A DNA stretch of 64,000 nt from Acidimicrobiia bacterium (GTDB taxonomy: Bacteria; Actinomycetota; Acidimicrobiia; Spongiisociales; UBA5794). Shown here one piece after another: positions 9,301 to 20,205 of this stretch (within the stretch, counting starts at the first letter, position 1; every line of letters starts with the position of its first letter). A program made the position numbers and the translations under genes. The notes beneath the pieces were generated by a model. That model had not been told where the DNA came from. It did not search any database and saw nothing but the letters and a program-made list of their open reading frames with translations. The stretch covers positions 12,394 to 76,393 of the forward strand of contig JBFINP010000006.1 in NCBI GenBank assembly GCA_041611095.1, written 5' to 3'.

Positions 9301-9783
9301 CTACGCGGTCGCCAGCCGCTCCACCCAGGTCTGCTGTTCGAACGTTTCCGGGACGGGGCGACGACGGGCAACGGTCACGAGCCGCCACGCCAGGTCGGGT
9401 TCCTCGCCCGACATCACGAGCAGCGAAGCCGCAAGCATCGGTGAGCGGCCCCGAGCAGCAAGGCAGTGGACCGCTGCGTGCTCGCCCGGGTCGGAGAGCC
9501 GGTCGAGCAGGTTTCGCAGCGCCGTGGTGACTGCGTCCCCGTCGGTCGGCACGCCGAAATCGACGATGGGGACTCGGATGAAGTCGATGCCCTCTCGACG
9601 CAGTACGGCGGCTTCGCGGGCGAGACCGAGACCGTTCTCGTCTTTGGCCGGGAGCGCCGAGACGACCACCGTCACTCCGAGGTCGCGAAGCTGCGCCGCA
9701 TCGGCCTCGAGCGAGTCAGGCGTCGGGCACGAGGCGAGGCTCAGCGATCCTGCGGTGGCGATCGGGATGTTCCAGAGGTTCAT
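9301..9783 (-). CDS. Protein-tyrosine/dual-specificity phosphatase
   Basis: PIVDFGVP acid loop, HCLAARGRS (CX5R), PETFEQ; ATGA-coupled to ltaE. Confidence 0.85.
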   Translation of the reverse strand: MNLWNIPIATAGSLSLASCPTPDSLEADAAQLRDLGVTVVVSALPAKDENGLGLAREAAVLRREGIDFIRVPIVDFGVPTDGDAVTTALRNLLDRLSDPGEHAAVHCLAARGRSPMLAASLLVMSGEEPDLAWRLVTVARRRPVPETFEQQTWVERLATA

Positions 9784-10829
9784 GACTTCACCACTCGCGT
9801 GATGATCCCGAGGGCGCGATCGATGTCGGAACCGGAGACGTCCAGGTTGGTGACGGCACGTATCCGGGCTGGGCCGGCCGGGTTCACGAGCAGCCCCTCG
9901 GCGGCGCATCTTTCGGCAAGCTCCAGTGCGGGAATCGTCGTCACGGTGAAGTACACCATGTTCGTTGTAACGGTCGCGGGGTCGATCTCTACACCCTCGA
10001 TCTCGGCGAGCCCCGCGGCGAGCTCGGCTGCATTTGCGTGATCGTCCGCGAGCCGTGCGCGGTGATTCCGGACGGCGTATAGGGCTCCGGCGGCCATCAT
10101 TCCGGCCTGCCTGAAGCCTCCACCGAACATCTGCTTGAACCGCCTCGCCCTCTCGATCAAGTCGTGGCTCCCGACGAGCGCCGAGCCCATTGGAGCACCG
10201 AGACCCTTCGAGAAGCAGACACTCACGGTGTCGTACCCGGCGGCGAGATCACGCTCCTCTTCGCCGGATGCGACCGCCGCGTTCCAGAGGCGAGCGCCGT
10301 CCATGTGGGTTGCCAGACCGAGGTCGTGGGCCGCGACGGCCACCTCGCCGAGCTTCGATCGCTCCCAATACGCGCCGCCGGCCGCGTTGTGGGTGTTCTC
10401 GGCGCAGACCAGTGTCACGGGCTGGAAGAGCGAAGACGGCATCGCCTTCGGTATCTCCGGCACGGCACGGCGAACCGCCTCGGCAGTGAAGGTCCCGCGG
10501 GTGCTCGGCAGGAACTCGGGCGTGACCCCCGAGAGCGCATAGGGCGCCCCCAGCTCGTGGATGTGAACGTGCGCCGCCTCCGCCATCAAGACGACGTCAC
10601 CGGGCTCGGTGTGCGTTCGCAGCGCGATCTGGTTCGACATCGTCCCGGTCGGGACATACATGGCATCGTCCTTGCCCAGCAGGTCTGCCACGTGCCGCTC
10701 GAGGGCGACTACGGACGGATCGTCGTGATAAACATCGTCGCCGACCTCGGCGGCCGCGATCACGCGGCGCATGTCCTCGGTGGGTTGGGTGACGGTGTCC
10801 GAGCGCAGATCGATCATCGGATTGCTCAC
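9780..10829 (-). CDS. ltaE: Low-specificity L-threonine aldolase
   Basis: [50 protein letters not shown]. Confidence 0.93.
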   Translation of the reverse strand: MSNPMIDLRSDTVTQPTEDMRRVIAAAEVGDDVYHDDPSVVALERHVADLLGKDDAMYVPTGTMSNQIALRTHTEPGDVVLMAEAAHVHIHELGAPYALSGVTPEFLPSTRGTFTAEAVRRAVPEIPKAMPSSLFQPVTLVCAENTHNAAGGAYWERSKLGEVAVAAHDLGLATHMDGARLWNAAVASGEEERDLAAGYDTVSVCFSKGLGAPMGSALVGSHDLIERARRFKQMFGGGFRQAGMMAAGALYAVRNHRARLADDHANAAELAAGLAEIEGVEIDPATVTTNMVYFTVTTIPALELAERCAAEGLLVNPAGPARIRAVTNLDVSGSDIDRALGIITRVVKS

Positions 10830-12454
10830 CCGGCGTAGTTGCTCGATGCCCGAGAGGTCTCGTCGACGTGGACGTTGATCAGCGACGGCTTGCCGCTGTC
10901 GACTGCACGATCGAGCGCAGGTCGGAGTTCGTCGGGGTGGGTCACCAGCTCACCGTACCCGCCCAGCGCGGTGACGACGTCGTGATACGGCCGGCGGCCG
11001 AGATCGGAGGCCACGATGCGGTCGGGGTAGAACAGTCGGTGGAACGTCTTGATGTTGTTCCACACGCCGTCGTTCCCGACGACACCGACGATGGGGAGAT
11101 CGTGGCGAACGAAGCTGTCGTACTCGAAGCCGTTGAATCCGAACCCGCCGTCACCGAAGACGATTCCGACCAGCCGGTCCGGGTACGCGATCTTCGCGGC
11201 GAGGGCGAAGCCAGGGCCGGTGCCGAGGGTGCCGGCGGGGCCTGGCTCGAGCACGTGACCCGGCGTCGAGACCTGGAGCCATTTCGCAGTCGTTGCGACG
11301 ATGTCCCCCCCGTCGACGGCGACGATGGCGTCGGTGCCGAAGAACCGACCCACCTCCTTGCCGAAGCGCTGTGGCATGACAAACGTCCCGTCGATCTCCG
11401 CCTCCGCCTCGGCGGCGGCCCGCCTCTCGAGCTCCGCCGCCTGAATGTCACCGGTCCACGCCCGGGTGCTGTCCGAGCCGTAGTTACCGGTCAACGCGGC
11501 GAGCTGGCTCAGGAACCGCCCGGGGTTGGCGATCACGGCGTGACCGGCAGGTCGATTCCACCCCAGCTTCACCTCTTCGGCGTCTACTTGAATGACGATG
11601 GCGTCGGTGTTCACCTTCTGGCCGTATCCGGTGCGGAAGTCCCAGTCGACGCCCAACGCGAGGAGCGTGTCGCACTCGGCGAGGGCGCGGCCTCGCGTGT
11701 GCACGCCGAGCAATGGATGGTCATGGGGAAGGCCGCCGCGAGCACCGGCGTTCAGGTACACCGGAGCATCGAGCGCCTCGGCAACGGACGTGAGGCTCTT
11801 GACGTCGCCGCCACGGATCCCGCCGCCGGCGAAGATGACCGGGCGCTGCGCCTTGGCGAGCACGCTGGCCGTGTACTCGACGGCGGCGGGATCGCCGCCG
11901 CGTGGCTCTGTGGCCCGATAGCCCGTCGGTAGGTCTGTCGCCTCGTCGACCAGACCCGACTGCACGTCGAGCGGGATGTCGAGGAACACCGGTCCGCCGC
12001 GACCGGAGAAGGCGTGGCGCGCCGCCATGGCGATGTACTCGGCGAGGCGAGCCGTCTCCCACGCGGTGGAGCTCCACTTCGTGATCGTTCGGAAAAGCGG
12101 AGGATGATCCATCTCCTGTAGCCCCCCTGCGTGCTCTTGTCGGATCAGGTGGCGACCGCCGATGACGAGCATCGGCGTGTGGGCGAAGTGGGCATTCATG
12201 ACGGCGGTGATCGTGTTCGTCACGCCCGGCGCCGCCGTGACCGCAGCCACGCCGAGCCTCCCGGTGAGCCGTGTGTAGGCCTCGGCCGCGTGCCCCGCCG
12301 TTTCCTCATGGCGAACGTCGACGATCCGTATGCCCTCTTCGACGCACCCGTCGAGAAGAGGGACGATGTGGCCACCGGTCAGCGTGAAGAGCGCGTCGAC
12401 ACCCTCGGCACGCAGTGCCTTGGCGACCAGCCGTCCTCCATGGATCTTTCCCAA
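10826..12454 (-). CDS. Thiamine-pyrophosphate enzyme (acetolactate synthase-like / 2-hydroxyacyl-CoA lyase family)
   Basis: [29 protein letters not shown]...GND TPP motif; TTG start with GGAGG SD. Confidence 0.88.
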   Translation of the reverse strand: MGKIHGGRLVAKALRAEGVDALFTLTGGHIVPLLDGCVEEGIRIVDVRHEETAGHAAEAYTRLTGRLGVAAVTAAPGVTNTITAVMNAHFAHTPMLVIGGRHLIRQEHAGGLQEMDHPPLFRTITKWSSTAWETARLAEYIAMAARHAFSGRGGPVFLDIPLDVQSGLVDEATDLPTGYRATEPRGGDPAAVEYTASVLAKAQRPVIFAGGGIRGGDVKSLTSVAEALDAPVYLNAGARGGLPHDHPLLGVHTRGRALAECDTLLALGVDWDFRTGYGQKVNTDAIVIQVDAEEVKLGWNRPAGHAVIANPGRFLSQLAALTGNYGSDSTRAWTGDIQAAELERRAAAEAEAEIDGTFVMPQRFGKEVGRFFGTDAIVAVDGGDIVATTAKWLQVSTPGHVLEPGPAGTLGTGPGFALAAKIAYPDRLVGIVFGDGGFGFNGFEYDSFVRHDLPIVGVVGNDGVWNNIKTFHRLFYPDRIVASDLGRRPYHDVVTALGGYGELVTHPDELRPALDRAVDSGKPSLINVHVDETSRASSNYAG

Positions 12455-12478
12455 TTCGGTCCTCCGCTGCTGGTGATC

Positions 12479-12997
12479 CTATGTCACCTCGTCCACTGCC
12501 CAGCCGGTGTCCTCGAAGTGCCGCGGCTGGAGCAGGGCCACGAGCTCGCCGGACATGGCCGTGCGGTGGGGAGAGGCACCCTCGACCACGTCGATCACGG
12601 CGATGGTCGCCGTTTTCATCTGCACCGACGCACCGGTCACTGCGTGCACCAAGGCTCCCCATGCGGGCTGGTGCCCGACGACCATCAGGCGCTCGGCGTC
12701 GTCCCCCAGCCTCCGAATCACGGCGAGCGCGCCGTCGGGTGACGTGCCGTACAGGTGCCGCTCGACGACGATCTCGGTGGCCCACTCGCCGGCGTCGGCC
12801 GCGAGCTCGACGGTTCGTCGTGCCCGCACCGCCGACGAGGTGACTGCAACGTCCGGGATCTCGCCGATTCTGGCGATCACGAGGCCCATCGTGCGGGCCG
12901 CTTCACGGCCCCGCCGGTTGAGGGGCCGCTCGTGATCGGTGGCGGCTCCCGCATTCCAGTCGGACTTGGCGTGACGCATCACGAGCAGTCGTTTCAT
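12479..12997 (-). CDS. sixA: SixA-like histidine phosphatase
   Basis: MRHAKSDW, DHERPLNRRG, SSAVRARRT, VVGHQP. Confidence 0.85.
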   Translation of the reverse strand: MKRLLVMRHAKSDWNAGAATDHERPLNRRGREAARTMGLVIARIGEIPDVAVTSSAVRARRTVELAADAGEWATEIVVERHLYGTSPDGALAVIRRLGDDAERLMVVGHQPAWGALVHAVTGASVQMKTATIAVIDVVEGASPHRTAMSGELVALLQPRHFEDTGWAVDEVT

Positions 12998-13003
12998 GGG
13001 CGG

Positions 13004-13023
13004 AGGCTACTGCGGGGTAGCCT
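13004..13023. promoter_or_regulatory. Back-to-back divergent -10 hexamers (TAGCCT on both strands)
   Basis: AGGCTA at 13004-13009 and TAGCCT at 13018-13023, each 6-9 nt from a divergent ATG. Confidence 0.55.
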
Positions 13024-13032
13024 GATCCGGCC

Positions 13033-13446
13033 ATGATCCGCTACACCAGCTCGTTGGAATCCGTAGACGAGGCCGCCCTCGCCGGCCCCTTCTTCACCGG
13101 CTGGCGCAATCCGCCCAGCCCAGCAACGCATCTCGAGGTCTTGCGGGGGAGCGACCACGTCGTGCTCGCTCGCCTCGAGGGCGACGACAGAGTCGTCGGC
13201 TTCGCCACGGCCATCACGGACGGCGTGCTGGCGGCGTTCATCCCGCTGCTGGAGGTGGTCCCCGAGTACCGCGGTCGAGGGATCGGGAGCGAACTCGTCC
13301 GCCGAATCATCGGTGCCGTCGGCCCGCTCTATGCAGTCGACGCCGTCTGTGACCCTGATCTCCAGCCCTTCTACCGACACCTCGGGCTCGAGCTGGGCCA
13401 TGCCGTCATGCTGCGTGACTACGCACTCCAGAGTGGACGTCGCTGA
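13033..13446 (+). CDS. GNAT N-acetyltransferase
   Basis: LEVVPEYRGRGIGSELV motif A; PFY motif B. Confidence 0.88.
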   Translation: MIRYTSSLESVDEAALAGPFFTGWRNPPSPATHLEVLRGSDHVVLARLEGDDRVVGFATAITDGVLAAFIPLLEVVPEYRGRGIGSELVRRIIGAVGPLYAVDAVCDPDLQPFYRHLGLELGHAVMLRDYALQSGRR

Positions 13447-13977
13447 ATGGCCATCGACCCGACCGCGCGTTCCGCAGCACGGCTTCAGGCCATGGCCGGC
13501 GATGAGCTGCGCAAAGGGGAGCGGATTGGCGCTGCGATTCCGGTGTGGCTTGGCGGCACCTACGTGCCCTTCCTCGGCACGATCGTCCTGGCGGTCGTGC
13601 TGGCCTCGGTTGCGGCGTCGGCAGTCGCCATCAACCGGCTCGTGACCATCGCCATCGGCGCCGCCATCGGGGCATATGTGGGCCGGCAGCTGGCGTTGCG
13701 CGCCTCCCGGGATCATCCGGTGAGGGCGCGGGCGCTTCAGGTGTTCCTCGGTGCCACCGAACGCCGCGTGATCGTCTTCGAGCCGCGCAGCTGGGGCAAA
13801 CCGGCGACGCTTGTCGCCGCGTTCCCGCTCGGTCAGGTCGCCCACCTCGAGTTCCAGAAGGGCGGGTTGGTCAGACCGAGCCGCCTCAGTTTCCTGACTC
13901 CCGCCGGTGAGCACCGCTACGAGTTCTCGGGGCTCTGGGACGTCGACTCGCTGCTCGAGGCTCTCGGCAGGAGCTGA
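13447..13977 (+). CDS. Hypothetical membrane protein
   Basis: Two TM helices plus a beta-rich (PH-like) C-terminus; abuts the GNAT stop. Confidence 0.65.
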   Translation: MAIDPTARSAARLQAMAGDELRKGERIGAAIPVWLGGTYVPFLGTIVLAVVLASVAASAVAINRLVTIAIGAAIGAYVGRQLALRASRDHPVRARALQVFLGATERRVIVFEPRSWGKPATLVAAFPLGQVAHLEFQKGGLVRPSRLSFLTPAGEHRYEFSGLWDVDSLLEALGRS

Positions 13978-14543
13978 TCCGGCGACGTACCGACGGTTGG
14001 CGACGCAACGTTGTGCCACAGCCCTTCGTAGCTGGCCACGAGGCCGTCTCCATCCACGGTGAGGTCGGCGCTGAACGTCCCGGACGAGAACCGGTACCGG
14101 TTCTCGGCGAGGCGCCGGTAGCTCTGTGTACGCCGGGTCACGGCGTGTCCCGGGAAGTCCACGTACGCGACGCTGATCTCTGCGGACTCGCCCACGGCCA
14201 GACCGAGCCGCCGGATCGCAAGGGTGTTGGTGGCGGGTGTCCATGCCAGATCGACGTCGACGGCGCCGTACAGATCGAGGATCGGGTTGTCTGCGACGTT
14301 CCATCCACCGTCTCCGTCGGCGTTCAGGGCCATGCGCCGGTCACCCGATGCGCCCTGGACATGTGCACCCACCGTCCTCGTACGCCACTTGCGGTCGGTT
14401 ACGACCGAGTAGCGGATCTCGTAGGGCTCGCCATCGGTGACGAGGAGCGCCGTGCCGACGAGCCGGTGACCGTCCGGAACTGCGTCCACGACGCAGCGAT
14501 CGAGACCGAGACCGTCGAGACGCTGCCACATGGCGACTGGCAT
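13917..14543 (-). CDS. Putative glycolipid-binding domain protein (DUF1089-like)
   Basis: DVDLAWTPATNTLAIRRLGL, QSYRRL, FSADLTVDGDGLVASYEGLW. Confidence 0.85.
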   Translation of the reverse strand: MPVAMWQRLDGLGLDRCVVDAVPDGHRLVGTALLVTDGEPYEIRYSVVTDRKWRTRTVGAHVQGASGDRRMALNADGDGGWNVADNPILDLYGAVDVDLAWTPATNTLAIRRLGLAVGESAEISVAYVDFPGHAVTRRTQSYRRLAENRYRFSSGTFSADLTVDGDGLVASYEGLWHNVASPTVGTSPDQLLPRASSSESTSQSPENS

Positions 14544-14625
14544 TCGTGCAGCCTAGGCCGGGAGCTCGACTGCACTCCTCGTGGGGCGGGCCGATAGGGT
14601 GGGCGGCGCGACGGAGCGCTACCCC

Positions 14626-15771
14626 ATGACGCAATCGAGCGACCTCAACCCCGATCGAACTGTGGCCGGCACCGAAGAGGAGCCTGCGGCCCGCGTCCCG
14701 TGGAAACGGGCCGGTCAGAGCCTGCTCTCGATCGTCATCGTCGTGGGCATCTTCGCCGGTGTCATGCCACGGATCGCCGACTACCCCGACGTTTGGGCGA
14801 CGGTGCAGGATCTGACGTGGTTGGAGGCGACCTCGTTGCTCCTCCTCGCCCTGTGGAACCTCGCCACCTACTGGTTCGTCATCGTCGCCGCGCTGCCCGG
14901 CCTCCGACTACGCGAGGCGGCTGTCGTCAACCAGGCGTCCACGGCTGTGTCCAACACGTTGCCTGGAGGAGGGGCGATCGGCGTGGGCGTGACCGTCGCC
15001 ATGTTGACGTCGTGGGGTTTCACCATCGCTGCGATCACCCGGTCGGCGCTGGTGACGGGCATCTGGAACAACTTCGTGAAGCTCGGGATGCCGGTGGTTG
15101 CGCTAGCACTCTTGGCGCTCGAAGGTGGGATCACCCCGGGCCGGATCGCTGCGGCGGCGATTGGCATCGGCGCGCTCATCGGCGCCATCGTGCTGTTCGG
15201 TCTCGTCCTCAAGAGCGAGCGGCTCGCTCGGTCGATCGGCAACGGACTGGGGACGGCCGTCAACAAGCTGAGGTCGCTGGCTCGCCGTGAACCGACCGAT
15301 GGCTGGGGCGACCGCGCCGCACGGTTCCGCGCCGAGACCGTCGGCTTCCTGCGGCACCGGTGGCTGCAACTGACGTGGACGAGCATCGTCAGCCACGGCT
15401 CCTTGTACATCGTGCTCCTCGTCACGCTCCGGCACGTCGGAGTGTCCCAGCAGGAGTTGAGCTGGATCCAGGTGCTGGCGGCGTTCTCGTTCGTCCGGCT
15501 CATATCGGCGCTGCCCATCACCCCGGGCGGTGTCGGCGTGGTCGAGCTCGGGTATGCAGCGGCACTCACGATCGGCCTCGATCCCATGACGAAGGCGCAG
15601 GTGGTCGCGGCGATCCTCGTGTTCCGGGTCATCACGTACGCAGTTCCCATCCCGTTGGGAGCCACCTCGTACGTGATCTGGCGGCGCAACCGCACGTGGA
15701 GGCTGTCGACGGACGAGCGTGCCGTCCTCGCGGGGGATGCCTACGAGTCGCCCGAGCCGGCCGCACCGTAG
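14626..15771 (+). CDS. Lysylphosphatidylglycerol synthase TM / flippase-like (YbhN) membrane protein
   Basis: Multi-TM; SNTLPGGG, PITPGGVGVVE, FRVITY. Confidence 0.85.
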   Translation: MTQSSDLNPDRTVAGTEEEPAARVPWKRAGQSLLSIVIVVGIFAGVMPRIADYPDVWATVQDLTWLEATSLLLLALWNLATYWFVIVAALPGLRLREAAVVNQASTAVSNTLPGGGAIGVGVTVAMLTSWGFTIAAITRSALVTGIWNNFVKLGMPVVALALLALEGGITPGRIAAAAIGIGALIGAIVLFGLVLKSERLARSIGNGLGTAVNKLRSLARREPTDGWGDRAARFRAETVGFLRHRWLQLTWTSIVSHGSLYIVLLVTLRHVGVSQQELSWIQVLAAFSFVRLISALPITPGGVGVVELGYAAALTIGLDPMTKAQVVAAILVFRVITYAVPIPLGATSYVIWRRNRTWRLSTDERAVLAGDAYESPEPAAP

Positions 15772-16475
15772 CCCGTGGCCGCCGCCTCGGTGATGCGGGG
15801 CACCGCACGGAACCGCTCCACGATGATCGCCGCGACGATCGCCGACGCCGCTCCGAACGCGACACCGGCGACGACGTCGGTGAACCAGTGGGCCCCCAGG
15901 TAGACGCGGCTTCCCGCCATGACGAAGGCGAACGCCGCTGCCGCGATCTCGAGATTGCGGCGGGCAGGGCCGGCGGGTACGAAGATGATGACCAGCGAGA
16001 GAGCGACGACCGCACCGGCCGTAGCGTGGCCGGACGGGAAGGCCGCGGTGACGCTCTCCACGAGCGCAACCGGGGGTCGAGGCCGTCCGTAGGCCGCTTT
16101 GAGGATGCCGATGAAGGGATCGGAGAGGGCTGCGGCGAGAAGCCAGACGGCGAGCCCCGCCCAACGGCGACGCACCGAGAGGTACACGGCGACCACGGCC
16201 CGAAGCGGCCACACGAGCCAAGCGCTGCCGATGAACGCCATGGCATGTGCCAGCACGGTCAGCGGACCCCATTTGATCGGATAGATCCAGTCGTAGAGCT
16301 GCTCGTCGAACGCGTAGATGGCGTCACGAACCGGCGGGATCGCCATCGCCACGAACAACGTCCCGGCGATGATCCACAAGAGCACGACGAAGCGGACCGC
16401 CCTGGGGTGGTCGTGGAGGAGGAGCGCCTCGACACCGTGGTGTCCATCGTCGGGCGTGTGCACCGAAGCCGTCAT
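15741..16475 (-). CDS. PAP2-family phosphatase
   Basis: KAAYGRPRP, FPSGHA, SRVYLGAHWFTDV. Confidence 0.9.
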   Translation of the reverse strand: MTASVHTPDDGHHGVEALLLHDHPRAVRFVVLLWIIAGTLFVAMAIPPVRDAIYAFDEQLYDWIYPIKWGPLTVLAHAMAFIGSAWLVWPLRAVVAVYLSVRRRWAGLAVWLLAAALSDPFIGILKAAYGRPRPPVALVESVTAAFPSGHATAGAVVALSLVIIFVPAGPARRNLEIAAAAFAFVMAGSRVYLGAHWFTDVVAGVAFGAASAIVAAIIVERFRAVPRITEAAATGYGAAGSGDS

Positions 16476-16528
16476 CAGGTTCCAGTCTCGCAAAGGGTCG
16501 GAGCTAGCGCCATGCCGGACCGCCGCGT

Positions 16529-17653
16529 TCAGGGCCGGAGGCGCTCGACGATGTGGTCGATGGCGCTCGTCAGCGTTGCGACGTCGTCGGGATCGATGTT
16601 GGGGAAACACGCGATGCGGAGCTGGTTGCGGCCGAGCTTGCGGTATCCGAAGGTATCGACGATTCCGTTCGCGCGGAGCACCGCCTCGACGGCGTCGGCG
16701 CTGACGTCCTCGGCGAGATCGATGGTTGCGACGGTCATGCTGCGCATGGCGGGATCGGCCACGAAGGGGCGGGCGTAGCCGGAAGCATCGGCCCATGCAT
16801 ACAGAGTGCGTGACGACCGTCCCGAGCGATCCTGTGCCCAGGCGAGGCCTCCGCGCTCCAGCATGCGGTCGATCTGGTGGGCCAGGAGGAACAGCGTGGC
16901 CGAGGAAGGCGTGTTGTAGGTCTGGTTCTTGCGCGAGTTGTCCACGGCCAGCTGGAGATCGAGGAACGGCGGCCGCCACCGGCCGCTCGCAGCGATCGCG
17001 TCGATGCGGGCGAGTGCAGCCGGCGAGCAGAGCGACAGCCAGAGCCCTCCTTCGGACCCGAGTGCTTTCTGAGGGGAGAAGTAGTAGGCATCGAACGCCG
17101 CCGGCCCGACCGGGGCGACGCCCGCCGCCGAGGTGGCATCGACGAGCACGAGACCTTCCGCTCCGGCGGGCCGCTCGATCGGCATCATCACGCCGGTGGA
17201 CGTCTCGTTGTGGGTCAGTGCGTAGACGTCGACGTCGGCTGTCGGTTGCGGCAGCGGATGCGTGCCGGGAGGAGACTCGATCAGCTCGGGGTCCTCGAGA
17301 TGGGGGGCTCCTGCGGTGACCGCGGCGAACTTCCCCGAGAACTCGCCGAACACGAGGTGCTGGCTCCTGCGCTCGACGAGACCAAACGCGGCCACATCCC
17401 AGAACGCCGTGGCCCCGCCGACACCGAGAACCACCTCGTAGCCGTCGGGCAGCTCGTACAACTCGGCCAGCCCGCGGCGCACCCTGGCCACGACGTCGCG
17501 GACGGGTCGCTGCCGGTGGCTCGTTCCCAGGTAGGTCGTTCCGGTGGCGGCGAGTGCTGCGACGGCCTCGGGGTCGACGTTGGAAGGCCCCGACCCGAAC
17601 CGGCCGTCACGCGGTATCAGGTGCGGGGGGAGGGTGATCTCGGGCGGCGCCAT
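16529..17653 (-). CDS. serC: Phosphoserine aminotransferase (actinobacterial type)
   Basis: [48 protein letters not shown]. Confidence 0.93.
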   Translation of the reverse strand: MAPPEITLPPHLIPRDGRFGSGPSNVDPEAVAALAATGTTYLGTSHRQRPVRDVVARVRRGLAELYELPDGYEVVLGVGGATAFWDVAAFGLVERRSQHLVFGEFSGKFAAVTAGAPHLEDPELIESPPGTHPLPQPTADVDVYALTHNETSTGVMMPIERPAGAEGLVLVDATSAAGVAPVGPAAFDAYYFSPQKALGSEGGLWLSLCSPAALARIDAIAASGRWRPPFLDLQLAVDNSRKNQTYNTPSSATLFLLAHQIDRMLERGGLAWAQDRSGRSSRTLYAWADASGYARPFVADPAMRSMTVATIDLAEDVSADAVEAVLRANGIVDTFGYRKLGRNQLRIACFPNIDPDDVATLTSAIDHIVERLRP

Positions 17654-17719
17654 CGTCCTGTCCGTTGGTTAGGGTGCAGCACTCGGAGATGCCGGGTTGC
17701 CCGGCGGAGGGTAGTGAGC

Positions 17720-18913
17720 ATGAGCGAGCTCTCACAGCGTGTCCAGGCGCTGGCCGAGTCGGCCACGATGGCGATCGACGGCAAGGCCAAGGCGATGCGC
17801 GCCGCAGGGGAGCCGATCATCGGCTACGGAGCCGGCGAGCCCGACTTCCCTACGCCAGCCTTCATCGTCGCTGCGGCCGCCGAGGCCGTCGTCGACCCCC
17901 GCTGGCACCGCTACACCCCGGCGGCCGGGCTTCCCGAGCTGCGACAGGCTGTAGCCGTCAAGACGGCCCGGGACTCAGGCCTTGAGGTCGAGCCCGAGCA
18001 GGTCGTGATCACCAACGGCGGCAAGCATGCGGTCTACGCCGGGTTCCAGGTGCTCGTGGACCCGGGCGACGAGGTGCTGCTGCCGGCGCCGTACTGGGTG
18101 ACGTACCCGGAGGCGATCCGGCTCGCCGGAGGGACGCCGATCGTGGTGCCTGCGGACGCGGGGTCCGGCCATCGAGTGACTGTCGACGAGCTCGAGCGGG
18201 CCCGGACGGAGCGGACGAAGATGCTCGTCTTCGTCTCGCCGTCGAACCCGAGCGGTGCGGTGTATCCCCAAGACGAGGTTCGCGCCATCGGCGAGTGGGC
18301 CGCACGGCACGGGATCTGGGTGCTGACGGACGAGATCTACGAGCACCTCGTCTACGGAGGGGCCTCCGCGGCATCACTGCCGGTGGTGGCGCCCGAGGCC
18401 GCTGAACGCTGCGTCGTGGTGAACGGCGTCGCCAAGACCTACGCCATGACGGGCTGGCGCGTGGGCTGGCTCATCGGGCCACGCGCCGTCGCTGCGGGAG
18501 CGACGCGACTGCAATCCCACACGACCTCGAACGTCAACAACATCGCACAAGTTGCAGCACTCGCCGCTGTCTCCGGGCCGCTTGATGCCGTGTACGCCAT
18601 GCGCGATGCGTTCGACCGGCGGCGAGGGAAGATGCACGACATGCTGAATGCGGTGCCCGGCATCGTGTGCCCGGAGCCGCAGGGCGCCTTCTATGCCTTC
18701 CCGTCGGCGGAAGGCCTTCTCGGTCGCGATCTCGGTGGCTCCGTAGCCGGATCGACGCTGGAGCTGGCTGCACTGCTCCTCGATCGCATCAAGATCGCCG
18801 TGGTGCCCGGCGAGCCGTTCGGGGCACCGGGGAGTCTCCGCTTGTCGTATGCGCTGGGCGACGACGACTTGGTCGAAGGTCTCGCCCGCCTCCAGGAGTT
18901 CGTCGGGGACTGA
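17720..18913 (+). CDS. PLP-dependent aspartate aminotransferase (class I/II)
   Basis: [42 protein letters not shown]. Confidence 0.92.
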   Translation: MSELSQRVQALAESATMAIDGKAKAMRAAGEPIIGYGAGEPDFPTPAFIVAAAAEAVVDPRWHRYTPAAGLPELRQAVAVKTARDSGLEVEPEQVVITNGGKHAVYAGFQVLVDPGDEVLLPAPYWVTYPEAIRLAGGTPIVVPADAGSGHRVTVDELERARTERTKMLVFVSPSNPSGAVYPQDEVRAIGEWAARHGIWVLTDEIYEHLVYGGASAASLPVVAPEAAERCVVVNGVAKTYAMTGWRVGWLIGPRAVAAGATRLQSHTTSNVNNIAQVAALAAVSGPLDAVYAMRDAFDRRRGKMHDMLNAVPGIVCPEPQGAFYAFPSAEGLLGRDLGGSVAGSTLELAALLLDRIKIAVVPGEPFGAPGSLRLSYALGDDDLVEGLARLQEFVGD

Positions 18914-18937
18914 CGGTTCGGTGGCTGCGGGGCCCGA

Positions 18938-20086
18938 TCAATTCGGAAGCGCACGGAGCACGTGGGCCCACGCCTCCCCGCCCGGGTCGAGCACGTGGAA
19001 GTGGCCTGCACCGGCCAGCTCGACGTACTCGACTTCGGCACCGGCTGCGGCAGCCGCCGTCACGTACGACCGCGACTGGCTCGCCGGCACGAGCGTATCG
19101 GCGTCTCCGTGGATCATGAGCCGATGCAGGGAAGGGGACGGCGAGGCGATGGGCGACGCAGCCGAGTAGGCCGCCTCGCGATCCTCGGGCGCCCCGTCCA
19201 TGTACAGCTCGACGATGCCGCCGTCGAGGCCCTCTGCGTGGGCGGCTGCGAGATCGGTGATCGGAGCCAGCCCGACGACGAGCGCCGGCGGCGTGGTGGC
19301 GGCGGCGGCCGCCGTGAGGGCGAGCTGGGCGCCGGCGGAGTGCCCGACGAGCACGAGCCGGTCGGGGTCGACGTCGGAGCGCGCCTGAAGCGTCTCGATC
19401 GCATCCAGGACGTCCACGCCCGAGATCGGCCACCCCCCACCGGTGTCGAGGCGGCGATACTCGACGTTCGCCGTCATCCACCCACGCCGGTAGAGGGCGA
19501 CCGCGAGCGTGTCGATGGTGTCCCTGCCCCATTCGCCTCGCCAGAATCCACCGTGGAGGAAGATGCCCACCGGATGGGGTCCCGCACCTGCGGGGATACG
19601 GAGATCCATGACCTGATGCTCGGTCTCTCCGTAGATCAATGGTTCCGGCGGCGCCGTCGTCAGATTGACGAGAGCCCGCATCGCATCGCGATAGCCGGTG
19701 ATGCCCCGCCCATATATCGACGCCAGACAGGCGGGAGCGATGACGGAGTGGCGCCGCCACGCCTCGCGCTTCATGACGTTCGAGATGTGGACCTCGACGG
19801 TGGGGAGCGAGGTCGCCACGATCGCATCGTGCAGGGCGTAGCTCGTGTGCGTCAAGGCTCCGGCATTGATGACGACGCCGTCGACGCCATTCCGTTCGTC
19901 GTGGAGCCGGTCGATCAAGGCACCCTCGTGGTTCGACTGGAACGGGGCCACCTCGAGTCCGAGTCGTTCTCCCCAAGCGGTGAGGTTGCGCTCGAGGTCT
20001 GCAAGTGTCGTGGCGCCGTAGACCTCGGGCTCGCGAGTTCCCAACAGGTTCAGGTTCGGGCCGTTGAGCACGAGGACTCGCTGCAT
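18938..20086 (-). CDS. aroQ: Type II 3-dehydroquinate dehydratase fused to a C-terminal alpha/beta esterase
   Basis: NGPNLNLLGTREPEVYG, NAGALTHTS, EVHISN, then in frame HGGFW, GHSAG, HGDAD, GHF. Confidence 0.9.
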   Translation of the reverse strand: MQRVLVLNGPNLNLLGTREPEVYGATTLADLERNLTAWGERLGLEVAPFQSNHEGALIDRLHDERNGVDGVVINAGALTHTSYALHDAIVATSLPTVEVHISNVMKREAWRRHSVIAPACLASIYGRGITGYRDAMRALVNLTTAPPEPLIYGETEHQVMDLRIPAGAGPHPVGIFLHGGFWRGEWGRDTIDTLAVALYRRGWMTANVEYRRLDTGGGWPISGVDVLDAIETLQARSDVDPDRLVLVGHSAGAQLALTAAAAATTPPALVVGLAPITDLAAAHAEGLDGGIVELYMDGAPEDREAAYSAASPIASPSPSLHRLMIHGDADTLVPASQSRSYVTAAAAAGAEVEYVELAGAGHFHVLDPGGEAWAHVLRALPN

Positions 20087-20205
20087 CGAGCCAGCGTATG
20101 CAGCTCGGCCACCACCCGCCAATGGACGCACCCGCGGCGGGAAGCGGCTAGCTTGAGCCCACGGCGAACCGATCGCTCGCCGTATCAGGGAAGGAGGCTC
20201 CCTCC

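Noticed and set aside
13917-13977. Convergent 3' overlaps (also 15741-15771 and 41200-41245)
   Set aside because: Short tail overlaps are common in stop-poor high-GC genomes; no sign of function.
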